From: Candidatus Wukongarchaeum yapensis | GTDB lineage: Archaea; Asgardarchaeota; Wukongarchaeia; Wukongarchaeales; Wukongarchaeaceae | Assembly: GCA_016840425.1 (NCBI GenBank) | Contig: JAEOSI010000106.1 | Location: 1 to 7,563, forward strand | DNA length: 7,563 bases | Reading direction: 5' to 3' | Part shown: positions 4,772 through 7,563 of the stretch, one piece after another | Layout of the letters: each line of letters opens with the position of its first letter | Position numbering within the stretch: the first letter of the stretch is position 1 | Made by a program: the position numbers and the translations under genes | The notes under the pieces: generated by a model | Told to the model about the DNA's origin: nothing | Seen by the model: the letters and a program-made list of their open reading frames with translations, nothing else | Databases searched by the model: none

Positions 4772-6252
4772 TTTGGATCAGCTAAGTTTCTCGTTAGTCT
4801 CTTATAGAGTTTGTCCTTCCAGTATATTTTGACTTCTAAAGGCATTCTTCCAGGTAGTGTGTGGGTGGCACAAGCTAAGCAAGGGTCATATGCTCTGAAA
4901 GCCATCTCTACCATGTCAAGAACCTTATTGTCCACTTTCCCTTTTTGTATAAGATTTTGAGCAGCTTTTTTCACAGACATGTTCATGCCGGCGTTATTTT
5001 GAACGGTTGCAACGATTAGGTTCACTTTTTGAGTGATTCCTTCTTCATCAGTTATGTAGTGGTGGTATAGGGTTCCACGAGGTGCTTCAACAACGCCTAC
5101 GCCTTCTGATGGTTTTTCGGCGGGTATTGTTCGCACATCTTTGTTTGTGATTTCAGGGTCTTGGGCTAGTTCAAGGATTCTTTCACATGCGTACATAAGC
5201 TCTATTACTCTTGCCCAGTGGTATGCAAGAGTGCTATGTACGGGTTTTTTCTCGAAGAAGTCATACATTTTTTCGTAAGCTTCTTGGGCTAAGGGAGTGG
5301 CCATGCCTTCTGCTACGTTAAGCCTTGCTAAGGCATTAACCCTGTAGATACCGCTATCTTTTCCGTCTATCAAACCTTTCCAGCCTACCGATTTGATATA
5401 GGGGAACTTCAGGTATGACCATGGTTCTACATGTTCTGCTATGTAGTTTAGGTAATCTTTCGGTTCAAAGATACAGACTTCGTTGCCTGAAGGATCTACC
5501 ATCCTTATCTTGCCATCGTAGAAGTTTACCTTAAGATCATTATCCACAAGGCCTGCATAATACGTTTCATGATAGTATGTATCACCCGTTATTAGGTCAG
5601 CATACTCCTCGTTCTTTAGCACTAAGTTATTAAAGGTTTCTAGGCTCAACTTACCGAATTCCACGAGGGATTTACCCATCTCTTCCATCTCTTTTCTTTC
5701 CTCTTCCGTTAATGCTTTTGACATACCGCCCGGTAATGAGCCTACTGGGTGTATTGGATGTCCTGCAAGCATTCCTTGAATTTTTTGCGCATAACCTCTG
5801 TTCTTTAATATGGTTAAGCCTGTCTCTTTACCTACTACTTCTATTAAGCCAAGAACATTTCGCTTTGCGGGATTTGCTCCTGGTCCTGGGGCAAAATCTG
5901 GAGCGGCTAGGACGTAAAAGTGCAATATATGGCTGTGGGCCATGTGAGCGTTATAATATAGTTCCCTGAGCTTTCTCCCAGTTTCAGGTATTTCCACTTT
6001 ATATAATGCGTCTGTTGCCTTAGAAGATGCCATGTGGTGGGCGCCTGGACAGACACCGCAAATTTTTGGAGTGATTCTTGGAAGCTCTTCAACAGGTCTA
6101 CCTTCACAGAACTTCTCAAAACCTCTAAGCTCAACCACTTGGAAGAAAGCATCTTTTACGTTGCCATTTTCATCGAGGAAGATGTCTATTTTACCGTGAC
6201 CTTCAAGCCTTGTTATTGGTGAAATTGTTATTTGTTTTTGTTTTCCCGTCAT
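4759..6252 (-). CDS. mvhA: Group 3c [NiFe]-hydrogenase large subunit (MvhA, F420-non-reducing/methyl viologen-reducing type)
   Basis: 497 aa with N-terminal ISPITRLEGHGKI, L1 motif PKICGVCPGAHH (6049-6069), GVVEAPRGTLYHHY and L2 motif AYDPCLACATH (4861-4887). A 33-aa C-terminal extension (TLPGRMPLEVKIY...) follows, as is typical of MvhA. All four Ni ligands are Cys, with no in-frame TGA. Confidence 0.93.
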   Translation of the reverse strand: MTGKQKQITISPITRLEGHGKIDIFLDENGNVKDAFFQVVELRGFEKFCEGRPVEELPRITPKICGVCPGAHHMASSKATDALYKVEIPETGRKLRELYYNAHMAHSHILHFYVLAAPDFAPGPGANPAKRNVLGLIEVVGKETGLTILKNRGYAQKIQGMLAGHPIHPVGSLPGGMSKALTEEERKEMEEMGKSLVEFGKLSLETFNNLVLKNEEYADLITGDTYYHETYYAGLVDNDLKVNFYDGKIRMVDPSGNEVCIFEPKDYLNYIAEHVEPWSYLKFPYIKSVGWKGLIDGKDSGIYRVNALARLNVAEGMATPLAQEAYEKMYDFFEKKPVHSTLAYHWARVIELMYACERILELAQDPEITNKDVRTIPAEKPSEGVGVVEAPRGTLYHHYITDEEGITQKVNLIVATVQNNAGMNMSVKKAAQNLIQKGKVDNKVLDMVEMAFRAYDPCLACATHTLPGRMPLEVKIYWKDKLYKRLTRNLADPKCAP

Positions 6253-6266
6253 CTTTTTTAACCCCC

Positions 6267-7280
6267 TTATTTTTCCTCCTTTTTTTCATCTTTTACGGCC
6301 CGGTTTATTATCGCTACTGGAAGTGTAAACCTGTAGAAGGTGCCTAAAGGATCTTTTAGGCCTTTAAGTATTTCGACTATTTTTTCGACTGAAACATAAT
6401 CTTCTCCGGTTCCTAAAATGGAGCCTATAGCAGACATGGCTTCTGCTCCAGGGTCAAGCATCGCTTTTGTAGGCCCGAAACATCCACGGCATGGCATGTT
6501 GACTTTTATGCATTTTTGCCCACAGCCTCCCCGGGTTGCTGGACCCATGCATATTATTCCTTGGTCGAGGAAGCATTTTTCAGAGTCTGCGACAATTTGA
6601 TGGGGCCTGTACACCTTTTCAATTCTTTTGTTTTCCCTTGTTTTAGCTCGATCGCATTCGTCGCAAAGCGCTTTTTCTGATGCGATCACTGTTCCTTTTG
6701 GAGGGAGCTCGCCTGTTTCTACGAATGTTTTTATTATGTTTACAACATCTATTATTTGCTCTCGGGTCGGTGGGCATCCGGGTATGTAATAGTCGACGTC
6801 GACTACTTGGTGGAGGGCTTTTACTGTATCATAAAATTCTGGTAGCTCTAGCTTGTATCCATCCATTTCAAACTCGGTTTTCGGGGTTACATATTGAGGA
6901 TTATCTGTAGATGGCGTTTCTTTGTAACAAACTTCGAAAACTCCCTCTCTGTCTGACGTATTTGCAAGACCAGGAATTCCTCCAAAACACGCGCACGAGC
7001 CTAGGGAGACTAACAACTTACATTTTTCTCTTAGTATTTCCGCATCTTCTTCCTGTTCTGAGGTTCTTACGACGCCGTTAAAGATACCTATATCGATACT
7101 GTTTTTCCCCCATGCTTTCAAATCTTCTCGTTTGAAGTCCATGGCTACTGGCCAGTAAACAATGTCTGCCATCTCTACGATGTCGAATATTTTCTCTTCT
7201 ATATCGAGTATTGCGACATCACATCCCCCACATGCTCCCGCCCAGTTGATACAGATACGGATCTTTCTTTTATCTTCCAT
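6267..7280 (-). CDS. mvhG: Group 3c [NiFe]-hydrogenase small (Fe-S) subunit (MvhG)
   Basis: 337 aa. Proximal cluster motifs are ACGGCD, GSCACFGGIPGLAN and YIPGCPP. Additional Cys motifs are CDEC, CFLDQGIICMGPATRGGCGQKC and PCRGCFGP. GGTAGG (SD-like) lies upstream, and a GGGGG SD-like run sits in the 14-nt gap before mvhA. Confidence 0.93.
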   Translation of the reverse strand: MEDKRKIRICINWAGACGGCDVAILDIEEKIFDIVEMADIVYWPVAMDFKREDLKAWGKNSIDIGIFNGVVRTSEQEEDAEILREKCKLLVSLGSCACFGGIPGLANTSDREGVFEVCYKETPSTDNPQYVTPKTEFEMDGYKLELPEFYDTVKALHQVVDVDYYIPGCPPTREQIIDVVNIIKTFVETGELPPKGTVIASEKALCDECDRAKTRENKRIEKVYRPHQIVADSEKCFLDQGIICMGPATRGGCGQKCIKVNMPCRGCFGPTKAMLDPGAEAMSAIGSILGTGEDYVSVEKIVEILKGLKDPLGTFYRFTLPVAIINRAVKDEKKEEK

Positions 7281-7415
7281 TTTTACTACCTACCACTTCG
7301 GGAATTTAAGACAAACTCCCTTAGATCTTTTTTCATTTCCATTCTCAATTCATCAAAGATTTATCTGATCCTTCTTCTGGAAAGTTTTTCAATATCTTAG
7401 CATTAAAAAAAGAAT

Positions 7416-7423
7416 CTTATAAA
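7416..7423 (-). promoter_or_regulatory. Candidate TATA box (TTTATAAG) for the mvhG-mvhA-protease operon
   Basis: Best TATA-like match in the AT-rich 7281-7563 region, preceded by a purine-rich stretch (AGTTAGAGA). Other AT-rich candidates exist. Confidence 0.3.
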
Positions 7424-7563
7424 TCTCTAACTTTATCTTAATGCCACTTTTTATTCTATAAGAGAAATAACTATTATTTATTAATAATTCAGTGTGTAAA
7501 CATTTAAAAAATTTTACTTATTTTTTATATGATAAGGTCTGAAATATAGAAATTAAAGACAAA

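Noticed and set aside
7286-7342. Tiny minus-strand ORF MEMKKDLREFVLNSRSGR ending just before mvhG, considered as an mvhD remnant or leader peptide
   Set aside because: It is only 18 codons, shows no similarity to the MvhD C-terminus, and is expected by chance in a purine-rich leader.
807-7368. Remaining short ORFs in the track (807-998, 1582-1770, 1613-1831, 2000-2251, 3971-4171, 4296-4556, 4393-4620, 4617-4832, 5712-5969, 5907-6152, 6034-6222, 6418-6600, 6680-6910, 7162-7368)
   Set aside because: All are antisense or out-of-frame shadows of well-supported genes, with no family motifs.

Overview
AT-rich (about 35-40% GC by eye), probably archaeal window with seven convincing protein genes. 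On the minus strand, read in the direction of transcription, are a group 3c ([NiFe] Mvh-type) hydrogenase operon (mvhG 6267-7280, mvhA 4759-6252, maturation endopeptidase 4316-4771) with no mvhD or hdrA directly upstream, two tandem xylose-isomerase-like TIM-barrel paralogs (2248-3087, 1345-2220), and an archaeal Pol-beta-type nucleotidyltransferase homolog (67-1071). A membrane-bound GT2 glycosyltransferase homolog (3169-4305) lies on the plus strand. The hydrogenase genes look intact and ordinary. Two things stand out. (1) A roughly 50% GC, heavily self-complementary island at about 1145-1392 ends in what looks like an IS200/IS605 (tnpB-type) right end (GAAG, imperfect hairpin, AGTTCAC). It has no transposase or TnpB gene, has a TATA-like box in front of it, and overlaps the 3' end of a TIM-barrel gene antisense. 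(2) The nucleotidyltransferase and the GT2 both lack their canonical catalytic aspartates. Family assignments come from motif recognition only; no searches were run.
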